Part shown: one piece after another, positions 18,299 through 30,686 of the stretch
Position numbering within the stretch: position 1 is the stretch's first letter
Layout: each line of letters begins with the position of its first letter
The notes under the pieces: model-generated
Database searches by the model: none
What the model was told of the DNA's origin: nothing
What the model saw: only the letters and a program-made list of their open reading frames with translations
Made by a program: the position numbers and the translations under genes
Origin: Pseudomonadota bacterium
GTDB lineage: Bacteria > Bdellovibrionota_C > UBA2361 > OMII01
DNA: 64,000 nt
NCBI GenBank assembly: GCA_038134595.1
Contig: JAYPVM010000003.1
Span: forward strand, 42,131 to 106,130
Reading direction: 5' to 3'

Positions 18299-18904
18299 CT
18301 ATTTTTCCTGAGGTTTAATGGTGCTGGTAACTCCACCTGAAGCTATAAATTCTTGATTTGCTAGTGTTCCTTGTAGAGTACGTGCTTTGATTGAGAAGAG
18401 GGGGTTTTTAATCGTAAATTCATTTGGAATAGTAATTTGATCGGCTTCGTAGTCAAAAATTGCACGACTTGTAGAAAGAGTCGTTTGTGACTGGTACCGT
18501 ACGAGCACATCTCCTGTGAGATCAGCATTTTTTAGTTGTGTACCTTCAAGTGTCAACGTTGCTTTTTTAGCTGTTATTGTTGCTGATTCTCCAGTTGGTC
18601 TGTTGATGGTGAGATCGGGGTTGATAATCGTGGCCGAATTCGCTTTGACCTGATAGTTACCTGAGGTCCCCCGTATCTCCCAAATTTTTTTGCCGTCTCG
18701 TATGAGGCTGCGATGAAAGTTGTCGAGAGTAAATCCCAGGCCGCCTTGAGTGTTTTGATCTGTTTCTAAGGTATTGGCAACACTTCCAAGCGAAATCGTG
18801 GCACTGTTTTTTGCGGCTATAATCACTGCGCTGACGATAAAAAACAATGCCAATAGCCCAAGTCCTAAGAGCATACTCTGCTTGCGAGACATGATAATGG
18901 CCAT
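18299..18904 (-). CDS. lptC: LPS export protein LptC-like
   Basis: Single N-terminal TM helix, beta-rich periplasmic domain (KKIWEI, ITAKKA, LTGDV), located between kdsA and lptA. Confidence 0.75.
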   Translation of the reverse strand: MAIIMSRKQSMLLGLGLLALFFIVSAVIIAAKNSATISLGSVANTLETDQNTQGGLGFTLDNFHRSLIRDGKKIWEIRGTSGNYQVKANSATIINPDLTINRPTGESATITAKKATLTLEGTQLKNADLTGDVLVRYQSQTTLSTSRAIFDYEADQITIPNEFTIKNPLFSIKARTLQGTLANQEFIASGGVTSTIKPQEK

Positions 18905-18925
18905 TCTCGAATATCCCCTAGGTGG

Positions 18926-19737
18926 TTACAGTGATTTACGAAGATTTGTTAAAACAGCCAGCAATGGTGGGATTTGCTCTAATGGCAACATGCACGGTCC
19001 GTCAGAAGGAGCGTTGTCGGGGTTCTCGTGACATTCGATGAAAACACCGTCTACGCCCACTGCTACTGCGGCACGAGCGAGGGCTTGTACGTATTGTCTA
19101 GCTCCTCCAGAGCTGCCAGCTGCGCCTCCTAGTTGTTGTACTGAATGTGTGGCGTCAAACACGACTGGATATCCAAGATTTCGCATAATGATAAGGTTTC
19201 GAGGATCCATTACTAAGTCACGATATCCAAACGAAGTGCCTCGCTCGCATAAGAGGATATTGCGGTTGCCTGTTGATGCAACTTTTTCGGCAACAAACTG
19301 CATATCCGCAGGGTGAAGAAATTGTCCCTTTTTGATGTGAACAGTTTTGCCGGTTTGGCCAGCCGCTATTAGGAGATCGGTTTGTCGACATAAAAAGGCG
19401 GGGATCTGTAGTACGTCGACTACTGCACCAACTTTCTTTGCTTGCTCTGGGCTGTGAATGTCAGTTAGAACAGGTATTTCGAGCCTGTTTCGTACTTGCT
19501 TCAGTATCTCTAGGCCCTCGTCAATACCAACGCCCCGAGGAGTTGAGGCACTTGTTCGATTTGCTTTGTCAAATGACGATTTGAAGACAAGGTTAACGGG
19601 CAGGTCTTTCGTGACTTGCTTCAAAAATTCGCCAATCGACAGGCAGTGCTCGAGCGATTCTATTTGACACGGGCCAGCAATCACGAGCAATGGACAGTTT
19701 TCTCCAACAGTCAATGAAGAGGTAATCTGTACGGTCA

Positions 19738-19738
<1 letters not shown>
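18926..19738 (-). CDS. kdsA: KDO 8-phosphate synthase
   Basis: IAGPC, FKSSFDKANRTS, QIPAFLCRQTDL, KKGQF, FDATHSVQ. Confidence 0.98.
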
Positions 19739-21492
<1,754 letters not shown>

Positions 21493-21673
21493 TTATAGTA
21501 CGCACGGATCTGTTTGGCTATTGGTCCGCAGGATTTTTCCTCAGAAAAGGGGGCGGTGGATAAGGTGTGGTGCCATCAGCATTTTGAATGAGCCATATTT
21601 ATGGCTCTTATCATACGTGGTCGGTTTTCGTTGGCGTAGCATTAGCCGATAAGTAGTTTGCTCCCAAACTGTT

Positions 21674-22291
21674 ATGGATTGTTATCGGAGACAATGTCAG
21701 ATGAATAACTTATTAAGAGTATCTAAGCACCTATTTTTATTGGTTTTGGCTGTTTCGCAACTGTTTGTCTCTCAGGTTGAAGTGCACGCTAGCCCGTGGA
21801 CGTTGCCTCAGCGACGTGAGCCTCAAAGGCTTGCCACAACGCACGAGACACAGATGATTAAAGAAGCGATAGCGGCCGCATCGATTGTCGGTTGGTATTC
21901 GATCTCCTTTGTGAGTTTACCGGAGGGCGTTCTTCTACAGGGTTTGGTGGATAGCTCTGATACGGGCAATGAGTTGGAGCGTGTTGTTCGAGATGCAACC
22001 GGTAGGCGGGTTGTGAACGAGTTAAAGCTCCGGCCGCGACTCCAGGACGGTATTGTACAACAGCGACTCTTGGAAACGCTAGAGAGGTCTTACCCCGAGA
22101 TTTCACGGCATATCGATGTAAGTGTGTCGGGTGGTGTTGCCCATCTGTGGGGTGATTTAGGCAGCCGACGCCAAGTTGACACGCTCTTGGCGACCGTGCT
22201 GATGGTTGAGGGGGTTCGAGACATCAAAAGCCACCTTAGTGTCGGGGGTAACCCGTATGTTGGATATGCTATGGTGCGATGGAGAGAATAA
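21674..22291 (+). CDS. BON-domain (OsmY-like) exported protein
   Basis: Hydrophobic N-terminus, two repeats with L.G.V..., IDVSVSGGVAHLWG and VEGVRDIKSHL; start uncertain (21701 possible). Confidence 0.75.
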   Translation: MDCYRRQCQMNNLLRVSKHLFLLVLAVSQLFVSQVEVHASPWTLPQRREPQRLATTHETQMIKEAIAAASIVGWYSISFVSLPEGVLLQGLVDSSDTGNELERVVRDATGRRVVNELKLRPRLQDGIVQQRLLETLERSYPEISRHIDVSVSGGVAHLWGDLGSRRQVDTLLATVLMVEGVRDIKSHLSVGGNPYVGYAMVRWRE

Positions 22292-22551
22292 CAAGAGCTA
22301 GGGTAATAGACGCTAGTAACTTACATGCTGGTGGATGGCATGGAAGTAGATTGCCGTACCTTTTTAAAGGATGGTAAAAACTCGGGGAAATGTTTAAGGT
22401 ATTATAGAACGTTCACATTGGACAGGATCTTTAAGTACGTGACCCTTTGTAGCTGATTGTGAGATTTGTCGCTGCTCGAATGGGGTTGCGCATTCACAAT
22501 AGGTTGTCTTTATGTGCGGTTGCTTTTATTGGCGCTTGTATTGGCCTTTGG

Positions 22552-22583
22552 AATGGCACTAACTGGGCAATGGCACTAACTGG
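22552..22583. repeat. two-copy 15-bp direct repeat, 17-bp period
   Basis: AATGGCACTAACTGG-GC-AATGGCACTAACTGG just upstream of rlmI. Confidence 0.8.
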
Positions 22584-22622
22584 TTGAAGCTGGGTGTGTT
22601 TATTGGTCTAGCTCGGGCTTCT

Positions 22623-23834
22623 ATGAAAAACGATATCGATATCCCCGTAGTAAGGTTAAAAAAAGGCAGAGAAATAGCTGTTCGGCGGAGGCATCCATGG
22701 GTGTTTTCGGGAGCTGTATTGGAGCGCTCGGGAGTTCTTTCTCGAGGGTGCTTTGTGCAGGTGCGATCTTTTTCCGGAGAGGTGCTTGGCTACGGGCACT
22801 GGGGTACGAGGGGAATAGCGATAAGAATGTTAGCGTTTGGGAGCGCCGAAGTTGCTGAACATGAAGTTTTGTCTGAGCGCATCCAAGAAGCCATGGGGGT
22901 TCGGCAGATTCTGCAATTGATGGGAAACCCCGATACGACAGGATTTCGATTGGTGCACGGGGAGGGAGACGGCCTTCCGGGGTTGGTCGTAGATATCTAT
23001 GGTGCTGTAGTGGTTGTTCAATGTCACTCGGCAGGAATGTGGCGCGTGCGCACGCAGATAGCCGAGATCTTGCAATCTGAGCTCAGTGAAATCATCGATG
23101 ATGTCGTGTTTCGTCGCGTTGAGGGACAAATTGAAGAGGATGACCAGGATAACGACCTGACTTCTAAACCGTCTATGAATGTCCCAGATCCGAGCAGAGT
23201 CGTGGCTTTTTCGGAGAATGGACTCAGGTTCTTGGCGGATGTCACAGGGGGACAGAAGACGGGCTTTTTTCTCGACCAGCGCATTAATCGCCAAAAGGTT
23301 CGTGATTATTCCAAGGACAAAGATATTTTAAATGCGTTTTGTTACACGGGGGCATTTTCTGTGTATGCATTAGCTGGGGGAGCTAGGTCGGTTGTGTCTG
23401 TTGATGCATCTCGAACAGCTATTGATCTGTGCAGGCAAAACGTAGTGGCAAATTTTACCGGCAAGCAACATCATTCTGAAGTTGCGGATTGTTTCACCTA
23501 CTTAGAGCAGATTCCAGACTGCTTCGATATGATCGTCTTGGATCCTCCCGCGTTTGCAAAGCATCAGCGTGCAGTACAGAGGGCGCTTCGTGGGTACGAG
23601 ACTATCAATGCCCTTGCGTTAAGGCGGGTAAAGCAAGGTGGTATGCTTTTTACTTTCTCATGCTCACAGCTCATCTCGCGCGAGCTGTTCCGAGATGCGG
23701 TAATGAGGGCCGCCGTAGAAGCTGGTCGGTTTGTCCGGATCCTGGAGGTTTTGCATCAAGCGCCGTGCCATCCTTCGAGTATCTTTCATCCGGAGGGTGA
23801 GTATTTGAAGGGACTGTTGGTGTTAGTTGATTGA
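22623..23834 (+). CDS. rlmI: 23S rRNA m5C1962 methyltransferase RlmI family
   Basis: RHPWVFSG PUA domain, EGDGLPGL, GQKTGFFLDQR, FCYTG, LDPPAF, TFSCS, EGEYLK. Confidence 0.9.
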   Translation: MKNDIDIPVVRLKKGREIAVRRRHPWVFSGAVLERSGVLSRGCFVQVRSFSGEVLGYGHWGTRGIAIRMLAFGSAEVAEHEVLSERIQEAMGVRQILQLMGNPDTTGFRLVHGEGDGLPGLVVDIYGAVVVVQCHSAGMWRVRTQIAEILQSELSEIIDDVVFRRVEGQIEEDDQDNDLTSKPSMNVPDPSRVVAFSENGLRFLADVTGGQKTGFFLDQRINRQKVRDYSKDKDILNAFCYTGAFSVYALAGGARSVVSVDASRTAIDLCRQNVVANFTGKQHHSEVADCFTYLEQIPDCFDMIVLDPPAFAKHQRAVQRALRGYETINALALRRVKQGGMLFTFSCSQLISRELFRDAVMRAAVEAGRFVRILEVLHQAPCHPSSIFHPEGEYLKGLLVLVD

Positions 23835-23985
23835 GCGCATTTCTCCGCACCGCTATTTGTAGACGGTGCTTCTACTCTCAGCTGCTTGTATTACGTGATT
23901 CTCGCAAGTGCTTATTTGTCACTCGAATCAAATTTATTTAAGCCCAGATTTGTTAAGGTTTTAGAGTTTGAGACGATCTTCTTAA

Positions 23986-24366
23986 GTGGCTAACGTTTGG
24001 CGGATATGGCTTATGACGATTGTTAAAAACGATGATATTCATGTCGAAGTAAAGACTGCGCTTGGGGTTTTACAGGAATGGTTTTTGGATGGCAGGGTCG
24101 TTACGGAGGATGACTTTATGCGCCATATTATAGAGGATATTTCAAAAAATAGGCCTGTGAGTGAGGTCTTTCTAACGAAGTTTTTGCAGGAGGTTCCATT
24201 GGGAGAGTCCTCTGTAAAAAAATTAGTGGGCGAGTTTCAGCAACAGATTGCTCATCTGGCGTGGAGTGATCAGCTTCGGTATGACAATTACACGAAAGCA
24301 TTAGGCGTAGTGATGGGACGTATGACCCGAGTCGGAGATGCCTTGTCGATTATTTCTGGCGTGTAG
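23986..24366 (+). CDS. hypothetical protein
   Basis: 126-aa helical-looking ORF filling the gap; no family recognised; start may be 24013. Confidence 0.6.
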   Translation: MANVWRIWLMTIVKNDDIHVEVKTALGVLQEWFLDGRVVTEDDFMRHIIEDISKNRPVSEVFLTKFLQEVPLGESSVKKLVGEFQQQIAHLAWSDQLRYDNYTKALGVVMGRMTRVGDALSIISGV

Positions 24367-25108
24367 CTTGGTGAGTTCCGGAAGGAAGCTCAAAACTCAT
24401 CGGATTCCACTTTAAACCCTTTATAAACGAACCTGTGTTATGAAACGTGATTCCTTCATGCGAGAAATTGCTGAAGGAAACGTGTGTGTGACCAAAAAAG
24501 ATTGTTTTTATTCCCTCGAGCTGTTGGGGCTCGTAGTGAGATACGTACGAGATGATTCTTTCAGCGAGGGTTGTTTTTTGGTGACGTAGGTATTCCACCA
24601 CGTTTAATCGGAGCGTGGTTATCGTCATTGCGAGTAGTGTACTCAGTTTCGATGGACTTAAGTGTTTGTATCTTTCTCGAACTGATTCTATACCGAACAT
24701 ACAGGCACCCGGTTCAATTACATCGCCGTGGATAAAAAGATTAGAGCCAATTGTCAGTATGTGAGGAACTACCTTCAGATTGGAGATGTTTGCAGCTAAA
24801 CCCTGTAGGTGTGAGGTTAATGTGCTGTGCGCATCGTGATTGCCGATGATATAATAGAATGTAGTTTTGCTGTTCGTTTCGCACAGCTCTTGAAGCCATG
24901 TAGCGCAATTAATTGCGATGTCATCGACCGAGTTTTCGGTGGAGCGTTTGATTTCAAATGTGTCTCCATTTAGGACTACGACTGGATAGTGTGAGCAGTC
25001 CGCTTGGAGTTTTGGTAGAAGCTCACGATAGCGAGAACACGGAGAGAATAAGTGAAGGTCTGAGACGACATAGCCTCTCTCGAGAGATTTGTGGTTAATC
25101 GTTTGCAT
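24350..25108 (-). CDS. metallophosphoesterase, LpxH-like
   Basis: SDLH, GDTFE, GNHD, HGD, GHTH, NTGS motifs. Confidence 0.85.
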   Translation of the reverse strand: MQTINHKSLERGYVVSDLHLFSPCSRYRELLPKLQADCSHYPVVVLNGDTFEIKRSTENSVDDIAINCATWLQELCETNSKTTFYYIIGNHDAHSTLTSHLQGLAANISNLKVVPHILTIGSNLFIHGDVIEPGACMFGIESVRERYKHLSPSKLSTLLAMTITTLRLNVVEYLRHQKTTLAERIISYVSHYEPQQLEGIKTIFFGHTHVSFSNFSHEGITFHNTGSFIKGLKWNPMSFELPSGTHQATRQK

Positions 25109-25476
25109 GCTATATCCTGACCCCAGCCGCGCTCGTAGTCAATAAAGGAAGCTCTCTAAAAACATTGCGGTTTTTGATACCTCAAGTTGCTCGAGTTTAG
25201 CATAGTTTGGGGCAAAGGTATCTACAACTCGCAAATGCTTAACGTAGTTTGAAGGTGTGTGGGGCAGATGTGTGAAAATCTACTGGCACCTGGTAGTAGA
25301 TTTCTTTTGAAGGCAAAGAGCTTTCGGTAGGCCTGCTAGTTGGCTGAAACGGCCTGTCTTGAGCCGTGTTTTACCATGTAAATAAGGGCGAAGCTTTACT
25401 GATTTATTGGGTAGAGTATGATGCTCCCTGAAATTGCTCATTGTGAATGGGAATTTGAGGTGTCTGGAGGGGCGGA

Positions 25477-26238
25477 ATGAAAGGCGATAAACGTACTTGT
25501 GAGTGGCGGTGTCGAAATATGGTGGCGCGCCTATGGCTCATATTGGTAACTGTGATTGTTGCACAGATTACGGGAGTTAGTCGTATATGGATTGCGGCGG
25601 CCGAGCCAGCGGCTTTTCGTGATAGAAATGGCGACGGAATAATTCATATTTTGGCATTTGGCGATAGCATTACCTATGGAGTAGGCGATGGGTATGAGCC
25701 TGGAGAAGTAGTTGTTGATATAGAGTCCTCTGGAGGTGTTGGCGGTTACCCTAGTCGTATAAGTGAAGCAACTGGCGTAGCAGTGAGCAATGCGGGGGTT
25801 CCGGGAGAGCGAATGTTGTTTTCGGGTACAGAACGATTTCCTCAGTTAGTTGCAAATAGTGATGTTGATACTGTCCTATTTATGGAAGGCGCAAACGATG
25901 CCATCCATCGAATTTTAGGTGGCGATTATCGCGTAGCACTTCAAAAAGTGATGAATGTTGCGCGTGCAGAGGGTAAGCATCTGGTTGTTGGTACACTTCC
26001 TTCTCCAGTCGCTTTCCATGAATCATTGTCGTTGTATACAGCTTTGTACTCCTCAATCGTTAGAGAGTTGGGCGTTTTAAATAGTGTCCCGGTGGCGGAT
26101 ATCGAACAGGTCTATGCACAACAATGTCCAGAGTCAGATGAGTGTCTGTTATACAATATCCCAGAGGGACTTCATCCAAACACAGCAGGATATGATGCCA
26201 TGGCCGAAGAGTTTCTTACAGTATTAGGAGCTGAGTAG
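25477..26238 (+). CDS. SGNH/GDSL hydrolase, exported
   Basis: FGDSIT, NAGVPG, GAND, EGLHPN blocks. Confidence 0.92.
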   Translation: MKGDKRTCEWRCRNMVARLWLILVTVIVAQITGVSRIWIAAAEPAAFRDRNGDGIIHILAFGDSITYGVGDGYEPGEVVVDIESSGGVGGYPSRISEATGVAVSNAGVPGERMLFSGTERFPQLVANSDVDTVLFMEGANDAIHRILGGDYRVALQKVMNVARAEGKHLVVGTLPSPVAFHESLSLYTALYSSIVRELGVLNSVPVADIEQVYAQQCPESDECLLYNIPEGLHPNTAGYDAMAEEFLTVLGAE

Positions 26239-26972
26239 TGATGGAGATTTCACGCGTAATGAAAGATCACTCTCGTATTTTTCTTTCGAGGGTGGTGCAG
26301 TATTTACAGTTATTGAGTGTATCCGTGTGGATAGTGGTTATTTGTGGTGCTTGTGGTGGAGGCGGCTCGAGTGATGGAGGCTTAAAGGGCATTCGAGTTC
26401 TACATGCATCAATTGAAGCGGCTCCGGTCGACGTACTCTCAAGTGCAGATGAGGAGCCTTTAATCTCGCAAGTTTTTTTTGGCGGAAGTATTTCGTACAG
26501 AAATATTTCGGCGGTTCCGCAAACTATCTCTATTACACGAGCGTTTACTCCAAGTCGAGTAGTTGCATCGTTTGATATTGATGGAGCCCTGATTGAGCGA
26601 AGTTCTCTCCTGCTTTATGGGGACCTCTCAAGCCTTGGTTTGAGAGCAACGATTATTGAGGATGATGTTCCCAGTCGTGTTGAAGAGAGCGCTCTCAAGT
26701 TTGTGCACGGATTGGTGGGCGCGAGTGCAATTCTTGTTTCGGGTTATTTAGATGGCCGGTTACTCTTTGAGGAATCAATAGATTTTGGTGGGGTCTCTGC
26801 ATACGTTACTGTGCCTATGGATCAAGCTGTTCAGATAGTCATTCACCGCGTAGTTGATGGTCGTTTAGTTGAGAGTCCAAGCTTTGCCCTTGAAAAGGGA
26901 AGAGCGTATACGGCTCTCGTAACCGGAGAAGTGGGCTATTATACAAAAACTGTCCTATATAACGATAATTAG
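26238..26972 (+). CDS. DUF4397-like lipoprotein
   Basis: GACGGGG lipobox, IRVLHAS..APVDV and second repeat LKFVHG..LEKGRAYT. Confidence 0.75.
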   Translation: MMEISRVMKDHSRIFLSRVVQYLQLLSVSVWIVVICGACGGGGSSDGGLKGIRVLHASIEAAPVDVLSSADEEPLISQVFFGGSISYRNISAVPQTISITRAFTPSRVVASFDIDGALIERSSLLLYGDLSSLGLRATIIEDDVPSRVEESALKFVHGLVGASAILVSGYLDGRLLFEESIDFGGVSAYVTVPMDQAVQIVIHRVVDGRLVESPSFALEKGRAYTALVTGEVGYYTKTVLYNDN

Positions 26973-27147
26973 TCGGTCGAGATCATAGCGTATATGACTC
27001 TGTGTGGGACGCTGCGAAATGTCTACAGCGAGTGCTATCAATAACGACGCTGTGCTCGAACAAAAACGGAATGTGAGCTCGCGGTTATGCTGGTTAATAC
27101 GGAGTCTTACCTGATTTGCTGGGAGCCTATTTTCGTTGTTGCGGTGT

Positions 27148-27846
27148 TTACGCAGTTTGAAGGCGCGGTAGAAGGACATTGAGTTCGTTGTATGAAGTTA
27201 TAAGCGCTGTTGGTTTGGTTGCGTGTAGTATTTTAGGAGAAACGAACTGGTGATTTTCAGGTGGTGAAAAAGCGATTGTTTTTACACCTGCCGCATGACC
27301 CGCTTCGATGTCGACTACCGAATCACCGATCATCCATGCGTTTGTGGCGTCAGTTGAAATTAAGTTTAATGCCGCATTGATAGGTTCTGGACTAGGTTTG
27401 CCTTTCGTTACGTCATCGAGAGAAATTATCGCACTAAAGTACTTTTGCACCCCCCATCGGTGCAAGACAGGCTCGACATGTGCTCGGCTAGAGTTGGTTA
27501 CCACAGCGAGAGTGATTGATTGGTTATACAAAGACTTGAGCGTTAGATGTACCTCAGGATAAGCTTCCACGAGGGGCATTCGTTTTTTAGCAAGCTCCCG
27601 AATTCTAGCTCTTAAGGTGGGAAGGTTGTCGAGATTGTGCGCTTCGATTAATTCTTCTCTGTTCATATGAAAGCAGCCTTGAATAGCCTCAGGGCTTGTC
27701 ATTGATATGCCTAACTCGATAAACGCCTCCCGAAATGCTTCGCTCCAATGGTGAAGTGAGCGACCAAGTGTCCCATCAAAATCAAAGAGTAGCGCTGGTG
27801 TGGATTGATTGGGGACAGTCATGGCGATAGTCGTCGGTACATACAA
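27148..27846 (-). CDS. HAD-superfamily phosphatase (PpaX/Gph-like)
   Basis: FDFDGTL, VTN, KPSP, IGDSVVD. Confidence 0.9.
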   Translation of the reverse strand: MYVPTTIAMTVPNQSTPALLFDFDGTLGRSLHHWSEAFREAFIELGISMTSPEAIQGCFHMNREELIEAHNLDNLPTLRARIRELAKKRMPLVEAYPEVHLTLKSLYNQSITLAVVTNSSRAHVEPVLHRWGVQKYFSAIISLDDVTKGKPSPEPINAALNLISTDATNAWMIGDSVVDIEAGHAAGVKTIAFSPPENHQFVSPKILHATKPTALITSYNELNVLLPRLQTA

Positions 27847-27885
27847 TCTAATTTGCTACTTTAAATCGAGTGATACTTTGATGCT

Positions 27886-28278
27886 CTATGAACGCTTTGC
27901 AATCATCTCCATTTCAACGAGTGCCCCTAGTGGTAAACCACTTACTTCAATAGTTGAGCGTGCCGGCTTATGCTCACCAAGAGAGTGCTCATACAAGGCA
28001 TTTACGGTTTGGAAGTGTGAAAGGTCAGTCAAGAAAATGGTCGTCTTCACCACATCTTTAAACGATAGGCCAACACCATTAAGGACTGCCTGTAGGTTAT
28101 TAAGAACCTGTTTGGTTTGCTCTGATATGTCGGTTCCTACGAGTGAGCCGCTCTCAGGGTCTAATGGCACCTGTCCAGAGAGGAATACAAAATTATCCAC
28201 AGAAACTGCTGGTGAATAGGGGCCGACTGCTTGGGGAACTCCAGCAAGGTCGGTATGGCACGTGATTTGTTTGCTCAT
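27886..28278 (-). CDS. ridA: RidA-family enamine/imine deaminase
   Basis: GPYSPAV, SGQVP, PARS, VEME; AAGGAG RBS before ATG at 28278. Confidence 0.92.
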   Translation of the reverse strand: MSKQITCHTDLAGVPQAVGPYSPAVSVDNFVFLSGQVPLDPESGSLVGTDISEQTKQVLNNLQAVLNGVGLSFKDVVKTTIFLTDLSHFQTVNALYEHSLGEHKPARSTIEVSGLPLGALVEMEMIAKRS

Positions 28279-28535
28279 GAAATGCTCCTTAGAGAGTGCG
28301 AGTGCGTTTCTAACATTGTACGTAGACATGGAGATGTGAGGCAAGGAATAATTATATCATGTCTTTCCGTAGTTTAGGTGTATTGCAAATGAGTCAAGTA
28401 TGGCCGCTTATTGTGAGAATCAATGATTGTTAAATTTTTATGAGGGACTTTCTTTGGCTACGTTTTTTTGCGGTTAGCTGATACCATGAAAGTGCTACCC
28501 AGCTTTCGTATAGGATTAATAATTTGGCAAAACGT

Positions 28536-29219
28536 ATGACTGAGCGAATTGTAGTAATTGATGACGAGGAGGATATTCGAGAGTTAATTGAATACAACCT
28601 CTCAAAAGAGGGATATGAAGTTGCCTCGGCGATGTCTGCGGAGGAGGCGGTGCCGTTAATAAAAAGCGCTCCTCCTGATATGATCATTCTTGATTTAATG
28701 CTTCCTGGCGTCAATGGTCTTGAATTGTGTCGGCAACTAAAAGAATCCCCCGAATACAGAGATATTCCAATTATCATGGTCACGGCCCGCAGTGAGGAGT
28801 CAGATATAGTGAGGGGTCTTGAGCTGGGCGCTGACGACTATGTCTCGAAGCCCTTTAGCCCGAAGATTCTCAATGCTCGGGTTAAGAGTGTTCTCAGAAG
28901 GGGGCGACAAGATGTGGCGGATGAGACCTCAGTTCTCTCGTTTGAGCGTTTGACGCTAGACCCCCAGTGTCGATTTGTTAGTGTGGAAGGCAAGGCGGTT
29001 GAACTAACAAATACCGAGTTTAAGTTGCTACACTTTTTGCTTAGGCGCCCAGGATTTGTTTTTACGAGAGATCAGATTGTTGAGGGCGTTCACGGAGATG
29101 ATTATCCTGTCACTGACCGCTCCGTGGATGTTCAGGTCGTTGGTTTGCGAAAAAAGCTCAATGGTTACGGAGCTTACATAGAGACTGTCCGCGGTGTTGG
29201 ATATAGATTTAAAGGGTAA
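28536..29219 (+). CDS. OmpR/PhoB-family response regulator
   Basis: DDE, LDLMLP, GADDYVSKPF, winged helix ending IETVRGVGYRF. Confidence 0.93.
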   Translation: MTERIVVIDDEEDIRELIEYNLSKEGYEVASAMSAEEAVPLIKSAPPDMIILDLMLPGVNGLELCRQLKESPEYRDIPIIMVTARSEESDIVRGLELGADDYVSKPFSPKILNARVKSVLRRGRQDVADETSVLSFERLTLDPQCRFVSVEGKAVELTNTEFKLLHFLLRRPGFVFTRDQIVEGVHGDDYPVTDRSVDVQVVGLRKKLNGYGAYIETVRGVGYRFKG

Positions 29220-29243
29220 GCCTAAAACATGTGATGAATCAAA

Positions 29244-30509
29244 ATGAAGAAATCGATCGGGCTTGTAGTTGTTGGTAGCGTTGGCATGCTCAGTTGGCTC
29301 GCCGCTGTTCTCGGATCTGTGTTTTATCCTTCATGGGAGCTTCTCGAGTTGGCTCTTGTATTGAGCGGATCAAGTTTTGTGTATCTTGGTTTAGATTTGT
29401 ACAGGTCAAAACTAAAAGCACAGAGAAGACTAGAGCGTGTTCGTCAGATTAGGGCTGAGCAGTCGGCGATTCTTAGAACCATGGGAGAGGGGATTGTTAC
29501 CTTTGATGGTAGTGGACTGGTGAGGAGAATTAATCCCGCGGCATATCACTTGCTCGATTTACCGAAGAAAATATCAGAGGGTAGTAATTTAATGGTTGGA
29601 ATACAGGGTAAGGAGATTCGCCAAGGGCTCTCTGAACTTCTTTCGGGTAGGGGAGCCAATCCCCGTATGATTTCCATAAAGCATCCAGAACCGAAACATA
29701 TCGAATTGTATTATGCTCCCTTGCTTGTCGATGGTTCTGCTATGCCTGGTTCTCTTCTTGTTATCCATGATGTTACCAAGATCCAAAGGTTAGAGAGGAT
29801 TAGGCGTGACTTTGTTGCTAATGTTTCTCACGAATTAAGAACCCCGATTACTTCTATTAAGGGCTATGTCGAGACGTTGCTCGATGGTGCAAAAGATGAG
29901 GAGCCTCTCCTCGATAAGTTTCTAAAGACTATTGATCGGCAAGCAGAGCGACTAAATTCCATATTTGAAGATCTTTTAACCCTGTCACGACTTGAAGCTG
30001 GAGGTGGAGATACCCCCTTGGACAAAGAACGCAAAGATATTCATGAGGTTATCGATGCTGCTGTCGAAGAGTGTTTGCCTCTTGCAGAGGGCAAGCGGAT
30101 TGCGATTTCTGTCTCTGAACAGCTGACTGGGACCGTGGAGGTAAACTCTCGATTTATTGAGCAGGCCCTGGTTAATTTGATTGAAAACGCCATCAAGTAC
30201 TCACCCGAGGGAGGGGAAATAGTGCTCCAACGAGCTGCACATTTTAGTCACATCGGTATAGCTGTGGTTGATAAAGGGATTGGGATTCCGGCAAAACATC
30301 TGCCGCGTTTGTTTGAGAGGTTTTACAGGGTGGACCCCGGCCGTAGTCGGCAGCTGGGGGGCACTGGATTGGGATTGGCTATTGTAAAGCACATCGCACA
30401 GCTACATGGTGGTTGGATTGCTGTCGAGAGCAAGGAGGGGCTCGGAAGTACTTTTACGCTCTATATTTCCCGGTACAAGGAGAGCGAGATGTCCCAGAAG
30501 AGGCTCTGA
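29244..30509 (+). CDS. PhoR-like sensor histidine kinase
   Basis: Two TM helices, PAS region, DFVANVSHELRTP, NAIKY, FERFYRVD..RSR..GGTGLGL. Confidence 0.92.
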   Translation: MKKSIGLVVVGSVGMLSWLAAVLGSVFYPSWELLELALVLSGSSFVYLGLDLYRSKLKAQRRLERVRQIRAEQSAILRTMGEGIVTFDGSGLVRRINPAAYHLLDLPKKISEGSNLMVGIQGKEIRQGLSELLSGRGANPRMISIKHPEPKHIELYYAPLLVDGSAMPGSLLVIHDVTKIQRLERIRRDFVANVSHELRTPITSIKGYVETLLDGAKDEEPLLDKFLKTIDRQAERLNSIFEDLLTLSRLEAGGGDTPLDKERKDIHEVIDAAVEECLPLAEGKRIAISVSEQLTGTVEVNSRFIEQALVNLIENAIKYSPEGGEIVLQRAAHFSHIGIAVVDKGIGIPAKHLPRLFERFYRVDPGRSRQLGGTGLGLAIVKHIAQLHGGWIAVESKEGLGSTFTLYISRYKESEMSQKRL

Positions 30510-30686
30510 TTGGCGGGAGTAAGAGCGGGTAACTACTTAGAAGTGAGGTCTTGAATCGATAGTTCCGTTTGTTTTGGACGTTTTAGCTAGTTCCTGGTTA
30601 TTGCCAATTTATGGTAGCCTGAGAGCTCTTAGTGGACACTAATTTGCTGTCAGCTTATCGGATAGCTAGGCAGATAATAGGGGAAC

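Noticed and set aside
22552..22583. 15-bp direct repeat as a mobile-element scar or operator
   Set aside because: Two adjacent copies only, with nothing else supporting a function; most simply a slippage duplication
25276..25303. AAATCTACT/AGTAGATTT inverted repeat
   Set aside because: A single AT-rich 9-bp stem in a divergent gap; terminator, operator and chance cannot be told apart
28536..30509. Firm phoB/phoR gene symbols and Pho boxes
   Set aside because: The family match is good, but no pst/phoU genes or convincing Pho box are in view, so specificity is left open
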